Origin: Candidatus Eiseniibacteriota bacterium
GTDB taxonomy: Bacteria; Eisenbacteria; RBG-16-71-46; DASYSL01
Length of the DNA: 64,000 nucleotides
Reading direction: 5' to 3'
Assembly: GCA_046598045.1 (NCBI GenBank)
Contig: JBKJJJ010000215.1
Span: 62,645-126,644, forward strand
Below, in pieces: positions 37,845 to 46,793 of the stretch. The notes beneath the pieces are model-generated. The model was not told where the DNA came from, made no database searches, and saw nothing but the letters and a program-made list of their open reading frames with translations. The position numbers were made by a program, and so were the translations under genes. Each line of letters starts with the position of its first letter. Position 1 is the stretch's first letter.

Positions 37845-39164
37845 GTGTCGAATCTCACTTACAAGAAGGTGAATCAGGACATCCTCACGATGATCCGGCC
37901 GCCCACGTCGGCCTGGTTGACGCTGTTCGTGATCGATCTCCTCGTGCTCGGGTTCGGCGTGCTGTGCTTTGTGCACCAGGTGCGCACCGGGCTCGGCGTC
38001 GCGGGCTATACGCGCCCCGTGATGTGGGCGACGTACATCACCGACTTCGTGTTCTGGGTCGGCATCGGCCACGCGGGCACGCTCATCTCCGCGGTGTTGT
38101 TCCTGTTCCGGGCGCGCTTCCGAAACTCGATCTACCGCACCGCCGAAGGCATGACGGTCTTTGCCGTCATGACCGCCGGGTTGTTCCCGCTGATCCATCT
38201 CGGGCGCGTGTGGTTCTTCTACTGGCTGATCCCGTACCCGAACTCGCGCCAGCTGTGGACGAACTTTCGCTCGCCGCTGGAGTGGGACGTGTTCGCGGTC
38301 ACGACCTACCTGACGATCTCGTCCGTGTTCTTCATCGTCGGGCTGATTCCCGATGTCGCGGTCGCGCGCGAGAGCGCCACGGGCATCCGCAAGAAGCTGT
38401 ACACGCTGCTGTCGTTCAACTGGCGGGGGACGAACCGCCAGTGGAAGCACTACAACAACGCGTACACCTACTTCGCCGCGCTCGCGACGCCGCTGGTATT
38501 CTCGGTGCACTCGGTCGTCTCCTGGGACTTCGCGATGTCGATCAATCCGGGCTGGCACTCGACGATCTTCGCGCCCTACTTCGTCGCCGGCGCGATCTTC
38601 TCGGGCATCGGCATGGTGATCACGCTCATGGTCCCGATGCGCAAGATCTTCAAGCTCGAGGCCTACCTGCAGGACTGGCACTTCGACAGCATGGGCAAGA
38701 TCCTGCTGTTCACGTCGCTGATCGTGAGCTACGCGTACGCGGCCGAGATGTTCATGGCCTGGTACGGCGGCAACCTCTACGAGAAGTCGGTGTTCTGGGA
38801 CCGCGCGTTCGGCCCGATGGGCTGGGCGTACTGGATCATGGTGCTGTGCAACTGCCTGATCCCGCTGCTTTGCATCAAGCGCTCGGTTCGCACGAATATC
38901 TGGGGCATGTTCATCATCTCGATCTTCGTCAACATCGGGATGTGGTTCGAGCGCTTCGTGATCATCGTGCAGTCGCTGTCGCACAGCTTCCCGCCGTTCG
39001 CGTGGAAGCTCTATGCGCCGACATGGGTCGAGCTCGGCATCACCGCCGGTTCGTTCGCCTGGTTCTTCATGTTCTTCCTCCTGTTCGTCAAGTTCCTGCC
39101 GGCGATGGCGATCGCGGAGATCAAGGAGATCCTCGCGACTCCGCTCAAGAAGAAGGCGGCATGA
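37845..39164 (+). CDS. actC: Alternative complex III NrfD-type quinol-binding subunit
   Basis: FVFWVGIGHAGTLISA, NFRSPLEWD, SVHSVVSWDFA, GMWFERFVI. Confidence 0.93.
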   Translation: MSNLTYKKVNQDILTMIRPPTSAWLTLFVIDLLVLGFGVLCFVHQVRTGLGVAGYTRPVMWATYITDFVFWVGIGHAGTLISAVLFLFRARFRNSIYRTAEGMTVFAVMTAGLFPLIHLGRVWFFYWLIPYPNSRQLWTNFRSPLEWDVFAVTTYLTISSVFFIVGLIPDVAVARESATGIRKKLYTLLSFNWRGTNRQWKHYNNAYTYFAALATPLVFSVHSVVSWDFAMSINPGWHSTIFAPYFVAGAIFSGIGMVITLMVPMRKIFKLEAYLQDWHFDSMGKILLFTSLIVSYAYAAEMFMAWYGGNLYEKSVFWDRAFGPMGWAYWIMVLCNCLIPLLCIKRSVRTNIWGMFIISIFVNIGMWFERFVIIVQSLSHSFPPFAWKLYAPTWVELGITAGSFAWFFMFFLLFVKFLPAMAIAEIKEILATPLKKKAA

Positions 39165-39676
39165 GCAAGACCCCGCCGGGCGTCCTCGCGGTGTTCGAAC
39201 ACGCCGACTCCGTCGTGGACGCGATCAAGTCGCTCCAGGCGAAGGGCAGGAAGAAGTTCACGGTCATGACGCCGGTGCCGAACCACGACATCGCCGAGGC
39301 GATCGACGAGACACCCTCCCCAGTGCGCTGGTGCACGTTGATCGGGGGCCTGACGGGCGGCATCCTCGGGTTCACGCTGTGCGCCTGGACGGCGCTCGAC
39401 TGGCCGCTGGTCACGAACGGCAAGGAGATCCTCTCGATCCCGCCGTTCATGATCATCATGTTCGAGTCCACGGTGCTGATCGGCGGCCTGACGAACCTGT
39501 TCGCCATGCTGTTCTTCGCCGGCCTGCCGGACCTCGTACAGGGCGAGGCGTTCGACGCCCGCTTCGTCGAGGACCGCTTCGGGATCTTCGTCCCGTGCGG
39601 CCGCGACGATGCCGATGGCGTGGCCGCCACGCTGCGCGGCGCCGGGGCCGAGGAGGTGCGCGTTGACGCCGCGTAA
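39161..39676 (+). CDS. actD: Alternative complex III subunit D (DUF3341)
   Basis: DWPLVTNGK, PPF.IIMFE.TVL, DARF..DRF, GAEEV. Confidence 0.88.
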   Translation: MSKTPPGVLAVFEHADSVVDAIKSLQAKGRKKFTVMTPVPNHDIAEAIDETPSPVRWCTLIGGLTGGILGFTLCAWTALDWPLVTNGKEILSIPPFMIIMFESTVLIGGLTNLFAMLFFAGLPDLVQGEAFDARFVEDRFGIFVPCGRDDADGVAATLRGAGAEEVRVDAA

Positions 39677-40169
39677 GTACGGGCTGGTGTTCGTGGGCGC
39701 GGTGGCGGGCCTGTCGCTGCTGTGGGCGACGGGGCTCCTGTCCCTGCCCTGGACGCACGACCTCGACTACCAGGTCTCGATCAAGCCGCAGGAGATGCCG
39801 CTCATGCCGCCCGACGGCGTGGTGCCGATCACCGGCCGGATCGACGACGGCAAGCGCGAGGACTCGAACAACCTGGTGAACACCGTCGCCGCCGACACGA
39901 CCTCGCTCCGCCGCGGCAAGAACGCGTTCTACACGTATTGCACGCCGTGCCACGGCATGAGTGGCGAGGGCAACGGCACGGTGGCGAAGAGCCTCCCGAT
40001 TCCGCCCATGAACCTGACGACCGCCGACCTGCAGGGTGCGCGCAGCAACGGCTCCATCTACTACACGATCCGCCACGGCAACGTGATCATGCCCGGATAC
40101 GCCTACGCGCTGACGCCCGAGCGCACCTGGGACGTGGTCAACTACGTGCGGACCCTGAAGAAGCCATGA
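39663..40169 (+). CDS. actE: Alternative complex III monoheme cytochrome c
   Basis: CTPCHGMSGEGNG, IYYTIRHG..MPGY, WDVVNYVRTL. Confidence 0.85.
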   Translation: MTPRKYGLVFVGAVAGLSLLWATGLLSLPWTHDLDYQVSIKPQEMPLMPPDGVVPITGRIDDGKREDSNNLVNTVAADTTSLRRGKNAFYTYCTPCHGMSGEGNGTVAKSLPIPPMNLTTADLQGARSNGSIYYTIRHGNVIMPGYAYALTPERTWDVVNYVRTLKKP

Positions 40170-41437
40170 CCCACGAAGCCGCCCTGGTCACCTACGAAGA
40201 CGCCGTCCAGCAGACCGGCAAGATCGAGTTCAAGCGCGGTCGGATGATCGCCTCCGCGCTCGTGATCGTCGGCGTCGCCGCGTTCTTCTACCTGTACCTG
40301 ACCGGCAACGTGAAGTCCGCGTGGCAGGCGTACCTGATCAACCTCGTGTTCTTCATGGGCATCGCCCAGGCCGGCATCGTGTGGGCGGCGATCGCCCGCA
40401 CCGCGCGCGGCCACAAGTGGGCATCGAGCCTCGTGCGCTATGCCGAGGCCATGTCGGCGTTCCTGCCGGTGGCGTGGGTCCTGATGATGATCTTCCTGGG
40501 CCTCGGTGGATCGTCGCTCTACTCGTGGTTCCACGAGCCGATCGCGCAGAAGGCGGCGTGGCTCAACTGGCCGTTCTTCGTGGCGCGCAACGCGATCCTG
40601 ATGGGGGCGCTGGTGCTGATGTCGCGTCACCTGCTCGGCATGTCGCTCCGGCCCGACCTCGCGCGGCTCAAGGACAGGGTGCCGACGCGGCTGCGCGACC
40701 TCTACGTCAAGCGCGCGGGCACGACGCCCCCGGATCTCGCGAAGACCCAGCACACGCTGCTGAACCTCTCGCCGTGGTTCATCCTGCTGTACTGCCTGGT
40801 CTACACGATCTGGGCGTTCGACGTCCTGATGGCGCTCGATCCGCACTGGGTGAGCACGCTGTTCGGCGCGTTCATCTTCATGAGCACGCTCTACACGGGC
40901 CTCGCCGTGCTCAGCCTGGCGACGATCTGGACGCGCAAGCCGCTCGGGCTCGAAAGCCCGATCGCGACCGAGCAGTACCACACGCTCGGCAAGCTCCTGT
41001 TCGCGTTCTCGCTGTTCTGGATCTACTCGTACTGGTCGCAGTTCCTGCCGATCTGGTACGGCAACCTGAGCGAGGAGACGCCCTACGTCGTGCTCCGCTT
41101 GCACCCGCCGTTCCAGGTGTGGGCATGGGCCGTGTTCGCGTGCGCGTTCCTGGTGCCGTTCGCCGGCTTGATGAACTGGACGACCAAGAAGAATCCGCAG
41201 CTCCACCAGTGGTTCGCGCTGATCGCGCTGGTGGGCATCTGGCTCGAGCGCAACATGCTGGTCCAGCCGAGCGTCAACCCGAAGCTCTTCGACCTCGGCC
41301 CCGGCCAGATCGGCGTCATGCTCGGGTTCCTCGGCGGGTTCGTGCTCACGTTCCTCAACTTCGCGAGCAAGTACCCGATGCTGTCCTCGCTCGGCATCCC
41401 GAGCGGAGCACCTGAGGAATGGTCGGGCGGGCACTAG
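40166..41437 (+). CDS. actF: Alternative complex III membrane subunit F
   Basis: MALDPHWVSTLFG, YHTLGKLLFAF, SQFLPIWYGNLSEET. Confidence 0.9.
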   Translation: MTHEAALVTYEDAVQQTGKIEFKRGRMIASALVIVGVAAFFYLYLTGNVKSAWQAYLINLVFFMGIAQAGIVWAAIARTARGHKWASSLVRYAEAMSAFLPVAWVLMMIFLGLGGSSLYSWFHEPIAQKAAWLNWPFFVARNAILMGALVLMSRHLLGMSLRPDLARLKDRVPTRLRDLYVKRAGTTPPDLAKTQHTLLNLSPWFILLYCLVYTIWAFDVLMALDPHWVSTLFGAFIFMSTLYTGLAVLSLATIWTRKPLGLESPIATEQYHTLGKLLFAFSLFWIYSYWSQFLPIWYGNLSEETPYVVLRLHPPFQVWAWAVFACAFLVPFAGLMNWTTKKNPQLHQWFALIALVGIWLERNMLVQPSVNPKLFDLGPGQIGVMLGFLGGFVLTFLNFASKYPMLSSLGIPSGAPEEWSGGH

Positions 41438-41691
41438 CACCGGGCCCTCAGATCGCTTCCGGGCGCGACCCGCGTCTCACCCTTCCTGAACTCTGATTAC
41501 GGATGTGGTCGCTCGAGGGGTGGCACGCCTTTGGCGCGCCACCCCTTAGTCGCGCCCGGAAGCGATCCGAGGTCCCGGGCGGGCCGGCATTACAAGGGCC
41601 GCGAGCCGGCGAAGGGCTCGTCTCCGTTCGTTTGAGGCGGCCGGGAACTTCCCTCTGCAGAGCCGGGTATCGCAGGCAAGAGGGGGAGGCG

Positions 41692-42183
41692 ATGCGCCAC
41701 ATCTTGCTCGTTCTGGCATTCGGAATGACCGCAGTCGGGCTCCTGGCAAGCGCCGACGCAGGCGTCTTCGTCTATCAGATCCGCTCCACGCAAATCCAGG
41801 TCGATCCCCCGCGCTATCGATCGGTGATCGGATTCTTTGACCGTTACGATGTGCCGCTCTACGGAGTCAGGACCGACACCTCGACGTACGGGGGAACCAG
41901 TCCCGTGACCCGCATCCTGGAGGCGTCCGGCCCGTCGTGGATGCACGCGAGCGTGGACCCGGTCCTCGGCACGGCCACGTGGACCTGCGGTGCGGTCCCG
42001 AACTATAGATTCAACGACTCCCTTGAGGTCGTGACCGACACTCCGAATCCCTGTTTCTGGTGGGTGTACCTGGGGGCCCCCCAAGGGCTCCCCGTCAACA
42101 AGAACTATCAATGCAGCGCGACCGACCAGGTAACGGAGGTTCGGTTTGCCACGTGGGGGCAACTCAAGAGCCTCTACCGTTGA
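41692..42183 (+). CDS. Small secreted protein with C-terminal WGQLKSLYR motif
   Basis: GGAGG RBS; signal peptide; ends VTEVRFATWGQLKSLYR. Confidence 0.75.
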   Translation: MRHILLVLAFGMTAVGLLASADAGVFVYQIRSTQIQVDPPRYRSVIGFFDRYDVPLYGVRTDTSTYGGTSPVTRILEASGPSWMHASVDPVLGTATWTCGAVPNYRFNDSLEVVTDTPNPCFWWVYLGAPQGLPVNKNYQCSATDQVTEVRFATWGQLKSLYR

Positions 42184-42232
42184 CGCAGCCGGTCCGGGAT
42201 CGATACTGGGGCGGGCCGTTTGCACTCAGCAG

Positions 42233-42266
42233 GGCCGTGCAGGTTCGAGCCCTGCTCCCGGCACCA
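42233..42266 (+). repeat. Exact 31-bp duplicate of the tRNA-Leu 3' end, followed by CCA (att-like or tRNA-like remnant)
   Basis: GGCCGTGCAGGTTCGAGCCCTGCTCCCGGCA is identical to 43072-43102. Confidence 0.9.
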
Positions 42267-42283
42267 TCCTCCGAAACATCGGA

Positions 42284-42910
42284 TCAGCGATAGCTGACCT
42301 TGAGCCGACCCCAACTCGACTCGCGCGCGGGGGTCACGTTCGCACAGGCGTGCCCGGCGTGAGCGGCAAGGAGGGCCGCATCGGCGGCGTCGACGAAGCC
42401 GTTGAAGTCGAGATCCCCGGTGAGGTCCGCGCTGCCGATCTTTGATTGCATGATCGTGGCGTCGGTCCCGTCGACCGAGCCGCCTCCGTCTTGATCGGGA
42501 GAGACCGAATAGCGGAGGTTTCCGAGCACAACGCCGTTGGCGCTCAACTGCACGGGGCCGCTGCACAGGCCGCCGCCGCGAATGGGAAAGAACGCGAAGC
42601 CCGAAGCGTTGCTGACCGCCCGGACCTTGCAGCCGTCGACGATCGTGTAAGGGTCGCCCGGGACGGCGGGGCAGAGCTTCACGAGCGGGCACGCGCAGAA
42701 ATCAAGTTCGACCGTCACGCCGGCGAGCGATGCGTTGTTGACGTCGCGCGGGTTCACGCTCTGGTTGAGGTCGCCCGCCGGGCACATGCGAATGCGGCTT
42801 GGGAAGATCGAGAATCGCGGATCCGATACGCCGAGCGTTTCGGCCGAGGCCGCGCGCGGGCTTGCGGAGAGGACGAGCAGGAGGAACATTCGTCCGATCA
42901 AGTTGAGCAT
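42284..42910 (-). CDS. Secreted protein with dockerin/EF-hand-like repeats and C-terminal WGRLKVSYR motif
   Basis: GGAGG RBS; signal peptide; DQDGGGSVDGTD and DLDFNGFVDAAD; ends VTPARESSWGRLKVSYR. Confidence 0.78.
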   Translation of the reverse strand: MLNLIGRMFLLLVLSASPRAASAETLGVSDPRFSIFPSRIRMCPAGDLNQSVNPRDVNNASLAGVTVELDFCACPLVKLCPAVPGDPYTIVDGCKVRAVSNASGFAFFPIRGGGLCSGPVQLSANGVVLGNLRYSVSPDQDGGGSVDGTDATIMQSKIGSADLTGDLDFNGFVDAADAALLAAHAGHACANVTPARESSWGRLKVSYR

Positions 42911-43018
42911 GTTGCCTCCGACCCGCGAGGTCACCGAGCCACCCCGGGGCCGCCTAGAATAGCACCGACCATCCCAATGCGTCATTCCGCTGATCTGCTA
43001 GAGTCACCCGTGGAGCCG

Positions 43019-43102
43019 GCCGGGATGGCGAAACTGGCAGACGCAGCGGACTTAAAATCCGCTGGCCGCAAGGCCGTGCAGGTTCGAGCCCTGCTCCCGG
43101 CA
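43019..43102 (+). tRNA. tRNA-Leu (anticodon TAA), CCA not encoded
   Basis: GCCGGGA/TCCCGGC acceptor stem, GCGGA-CTTAAAA-TCCGC anticodon arm, GGCC-GCAA-GGCC variable arm, GGTTCGAGCC T-arm. Confidence 0.95.
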
Positions 43103-43106
43103 TCTC

Positions 43107-44549
43107 TCAAAAGCCGCGCTGGTCCCCGATGATCACGCTGAAATCCTTGCCCATCACGGAGCTGGTGTGGCCGTCGCCGCCCGAGCCGATGCCGGTGATG
43201 TCGCTGCGACTGTGATAGCTGCCGCCCGAGCGCGAGTTTGCCGCATTCGAGAGTTGCACGAGGTTCAGGATCGGGGTCGGATTGCCCTCGTACCCGCAAT
43301 TGCCGTTCGCCTGCACCCAGGATCGGCCGGGCTGGACGGGCGTGAGCTTCTGCAGTGCGGCGACATCGAGCGGGTGCAACTCGCGGCCGTTCACGAATAC
43401 GCCGGTCCCGCCGCCCGAAGCGTCGGCGTGCAACGGCCCGCCCAGGTTCAGCCCAGGCGGCAGGAGTCCCATCGTCGGTCCGCCGGTCACGCCCCACGCG
43501 CCCGATACGCGGTCGTACCAGTAGGAGCCGTCGACGATGCGCACCCGGAATTGACGCTCGTACTGCTGCACCTCGGCGTCGGACAGCTTTGCCTGGTTGA
43601 TGAAGACCTGCCGGCTCTTGCTGGCAGTCGCCGAGGCATGCGTGACGTGGGCGTCCGCCGCCGCGCGCTCGAAGGTCGATGATTCCGTCTGCGTCTCGAC
43701 CACGAGCTGGTCGCCCTGGATGTGATAGCTCATGAGCACGAGGGCGGAACCGTCGTCATACAGGAGCACGCCCCCGGTCGCGGTGTAGTGGAACGGCCCA
43801 CGCCGGTTCACGCCCGAGCCGTCGGGGCGAAATTCGATCATGGGGCCGGACGTGGCGCGCCACGTGCCCACGATGTGGGCGTCGGCGGCGCTCGGCCCGG
43901 CGATCCTTCGCAGCGTGACCTCCTGCTGGAGGTCGCCGCCCGAGAGCTGCATCGTCTCGGCGGTGAAGCTCGCGCGGTAGGAGACGGGGTGGCCCTGCAT
44001 GGCGATCGAGAGCGCGCCGTCATGGTACGACCACTGGATCGGGATTCCGTTCATCGCGCCGCCGCCATCCGGCTGGAACGTGAAGCCGAGGGCGCCGCGC
44101 TCGTTGCGCGCCTCCCACGAGCCAATGGGACCGACCGGGGCCGGCCCGGCGGCGGGGGGCTTGGCCTTGAGCACGGCGCCGATTCCGGGCTTGGGTGCCG
44201 CGCCTGCGCGCACGAACGACGTGGGCCCCTCGAGGTCGCCGCCGGTCAGGACGAGCGTGTTCCCGGAGAGCTAGTAGCCGTATGCGGTCTTCTCCCCGTC
44301 CAGCGCGATGACGAGCTGGTCCCCCGCGACCTCGTAGCGCATGGCCTGGTCGCCGATCGTGCCGGCGCCGCCGGCGCGGAGATCGATCGTGAGGTTGAGA
44401 TCGCCGGCGTGATGGGATCACGAGCCGAGCAGGTCGACGCGCGGGTCAGGCCCGGTGAACGCGCCTCCACCGGGCGGGAGGATCGCGAGCAGGGCGAACC
44501 AGAGCGGGCGGATTCGGAACGTGGGAGGACGCTCCTGCAAAGGGGTCAT
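43107..44549 (-). pseudogene. Secreted multi-domain protein (three GSW/GTW beta-repeats plus an EDR4/XLG-like domain) interrupted by two in-frame stops
   Basis: One frame from ATG 44549; TGA at 44418-44420 (LLGS*, where sister repeats have W) and TAG at 44271-44273; coding character continues on both sides. Confidence 0.75.
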
Positions 44550-44604
44550 GGGGGCGGGAGCGACGCTACAACGCCCCCCACGGATACGTCAACCGCGCGT
44601 CCGA

Positions 44605-45411
44605 TCAGCGGTAGATTGCCTTCACCGAACCCCAGCTGGCCTCGTGTGCAGGCGTAATGATGGGGCACTTGCCTACACTCCCGGCGGCCCAGATGGCCGC
44701 GATTTGGGCTGCCGTTGCGGCCTGCGAGTGCAACTCGACCTCGTCCACGATCCCGTCGATGTAGTTCACGGCGCCGGCACCGACCAGGCCTCCGAACACC
44801 AGCGGCTGCGTGTTGAACTGAGGCGCCATCGTCTGCGCGGTCGAGTTGACGGCCACGCCGTTGACGTAGATCGTGAACGTCGTCCCGTCGGCGGTCGCCG
44901 CGAGGTGAGTCCAGGTGCCGACGGGGATGGCGGTAGGGGCGTCCACTTCCTGCTCGAGCGTGCCGTCCGAGAGGATGATGAACGGCTGTCCTGTCAGCGA
45001 GGGCCTCTCGCAGGTTCCGTAGATTCCGATCGAAAACGGCGTCGTGATGTCCGCGCCCGACGCCGTGCCCTTCCACGCCACCGGCATGTTGTAGCAGGGG
45101 ATCGCGTCGAGATAGACCCAGGCGTCGACCGTGAAGTTGGTCACGTTCAGGCCAGCGTCATGCGGCACGAGGACGGCGTTGTTCGCCGCGTTGCTCCGGT
45201 AGCCGGCGCCGACCAGCCCGGGGACGAATGAGCCCGATCCAACCGCCCCGCCATTGTGATTACCCGTCTCATCGAGCCCGTTGCCATCGAGCTTCCACCA
45301 ACCGACGAGACCGGGAGGAATTGGTGCGCACGCGTCCGCGCGCGCAGGTGCAGGCGCGCAGACGACGGCGATCAGGGCGAGCAGGGGCAGAATGAGGTCG
45401 CGGCGGGTCAT
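44605..45411 (-). CDS. Secreted LamG-like (concanavalin A fold) protein with C-terminal WGSVKAIYR motif
   Basis: Signal peptide; LVGWWKLDGNG, FTVDAWV, WTHLAAT.DG...IYVNG, DGIVDEV; ends ITPAHEASWGSVKAIYR. Confidence 0.85.
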   Translation of the reverse strand: MTRRDLILPLLALIAVVCAPAPARADACAPIPPGLVGWWKLDGNGLDETGNHNGGAVGSGSFVPGLVGAGYRSNAANNAVLVPHDAGLNVTNFTVDAWVYLDAIPCYNMPVAWKGTASGADITTPFSIGIYGTCERPSLTGQPFIILSDGTLEQEVDAPTAIPVGTWTHLAATADGTTFTIYVNGVAVNSTAQTMAPQFNTQPLVFGGLVGAGAVNYIDGIVDEVELHSQAATAAQIAAIWAAGSVGKCPIITPAHEASWGSVKAIYR

Positions 45412-45582
45412 GGACAGCCTCCTGATGGTCGGGCTCGGACGTCTCAATGGGGAACTGGCGCGTGGGGAATCCGGCAAGAAGACTGCGCGGGAGCATAGCG
45501 GCCCGCCCGGGCGGGCGCAAGCACTCCCGGCCCGGGTCGCGAGGGTGGCGCACCCGTTGCCGCTTAGGGCACAATGCGCCCC

Positions 45583-46788
45583 ATGTCCCCACAGGAATGG
45601 ATCGGCCTGGTCGTGCGCTGGGCCCACCTCATCGCCGGCATCGCCTGGATCGGAAGCTCGTTCTACTTCATCTGGCTCGACGGCCACCTCGAGCCGGCGG
45701 ATCCCGCCCGCGGCGATGCCGACCTCGAGGGCTCGCTCTGGATGGTGCACTCGGGCGGCTTCTACGAGGTCCAGCGCCGCAAGATCGGCCCCGGCCGGAT
45801 GCCAAAGGTCCTCCACTGGTTCAAGTGGGAGGCCATGATCACGTTGCTCACCGGCGGGGCGCTGCTCGGGCTCGTCTATTACTCGACCCGCGGCATTTAC
45901 CTGACCGACCCGGCGGTCTCGGGGATCTCGCCGTTGTGGGCGACCGGGATCGGCATCGCCATGCTGTTCGCGGGCTGGGCCGTGTACGACGCGCTGTGGC
46001 AGGGGCTCGGCACGCGCGCGCCGGGTGTCGCGGCGGCGATCTCGCTCGCGTTGCTCGGGCTCACGATCTACGCCGCCACGCGCGTGTTCTCGGGGCGCGC
46101 CGCGTTCCTCCACGTGGGCGCGATGCTGGGCACGATCATGGTGCTCAACGTGTGGGAGCGCATCCTCCCCGCCCAGAGCGCGATGATCCGCGCCACGGAC
46201 GAGGGACGAACGCCCGACTTCTCGAACAGCCAGAAGGCCAAGCTGCGCTCGGTGCACAACAGCTACATGACGTTCCCGGTGCTGTTCGTCATGATCAGCA
46301 ATCACTATCCCGGCACCTATGGCACGCCCTGGCGCGCGCTCGTGCTCGGGCTGCTCGTGGTGGTCGGCATGCTCGCGCGCTACGTGATGATCGGCAAGTC
46401 GCCCCGCAAGCACTGGGCGCTCGCGCCGATCGCGGCGGCGGCCGTGGCGCTGGTCGCGTTCACGGCGCCCGCGAAGCTCCAGGGCATGAGCGGGGGCCCG
46501 GCGCCCGCGCGCGCCGACGGTCCCGCGCCGTCCTATGCCGCGGTGCAGGCGGTCGTGCTCGCGCGCTGCATCGCCTGCCACTCGACCGCGCCGCGCATCG
46601 CCTCCTTCGGGTCCGCGCCCGGGGGCGTCAACTTCGAGACGCCGGGCACGCTCCATCGCTATGCGAGGCGCATCCAGGAGCGCGTCGTCGAGACCCGCAC
46701 CATGCCGCTCGGCAACATGACCAACATGACCGAGGACGAACGCGCCCTGCTCGCGCGCTGGATCGCCCACGGCGCACCGGAGAGCTGA
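45583..46788 (+). CDS. puuD: Membrane urate hydroxylase PuuD with C-terminal cytochrome c
   Basis: RWAHLIAGIAWIGSSFYF, WMVHSGGFY, LHWFKWEA, RSVHNSYMTFPV, CIACH, MPLGN. Confidence 0.92.
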   Translation: MSPQEWIGLVVRWAHLIAGIAWIGSSFYFIWLDGHLEPADPARGDADLEGSLWMVHSGGFYEVQRRKIGPGRMPKVLHWFKWEAMITLLTGGALLGLVYYSTRGIYLTDPAVSGISPLWATGIGIAMLFAGWAVYDALWQGLGTRAPGVAAAISLALLGLTIYAATRVFSGRAAFLHVGAMLGTIMVLNVWERILPAQSAMIRATDEGRTPDFSNSQKAKLRSVHNSYMTFPVLFVMISNHYPGTYGTPWRALVLGLLVVVGMLARYVMIGKSPRKHWALAPIAAAAVALVAFTAPAKLQGMSGGPAPARADGPAPSYAAVQAVVLARCIACHSTAPRIASFGSAPGGVNFETPGTLHRYARRIQERVVETRTMPLGNMTNMTEDERALLARWIAHGAPES

Positions 46789-46793
46789 GGCGC

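Noticed and set aside
42193..42266. tRNA-like remnant as a possible tRNA-Sec (contains TCA in a hairpin loop)
   Set aside because: Lacks the CTTCAAA anticodon loop, the long variable arm and the extended acceptor stem of tRNA-Sec; its 3' part is identical to tRNA-Leu
44271..44420. Sec/Pyl recoding or an alternative genetic code for the TGA and TAG in the 43107..44549 gene
   Set aside because: The TGA aligns to Trp rather than Cys, and TGA and TAG are used as normal stops throughout the window
41440..45520. Prophage or integrative element at tRNA-Leu
   Set aside because: No integrase, transposase or phage genes are visible; only the 31-bp repeat and cargo-like genes are supported
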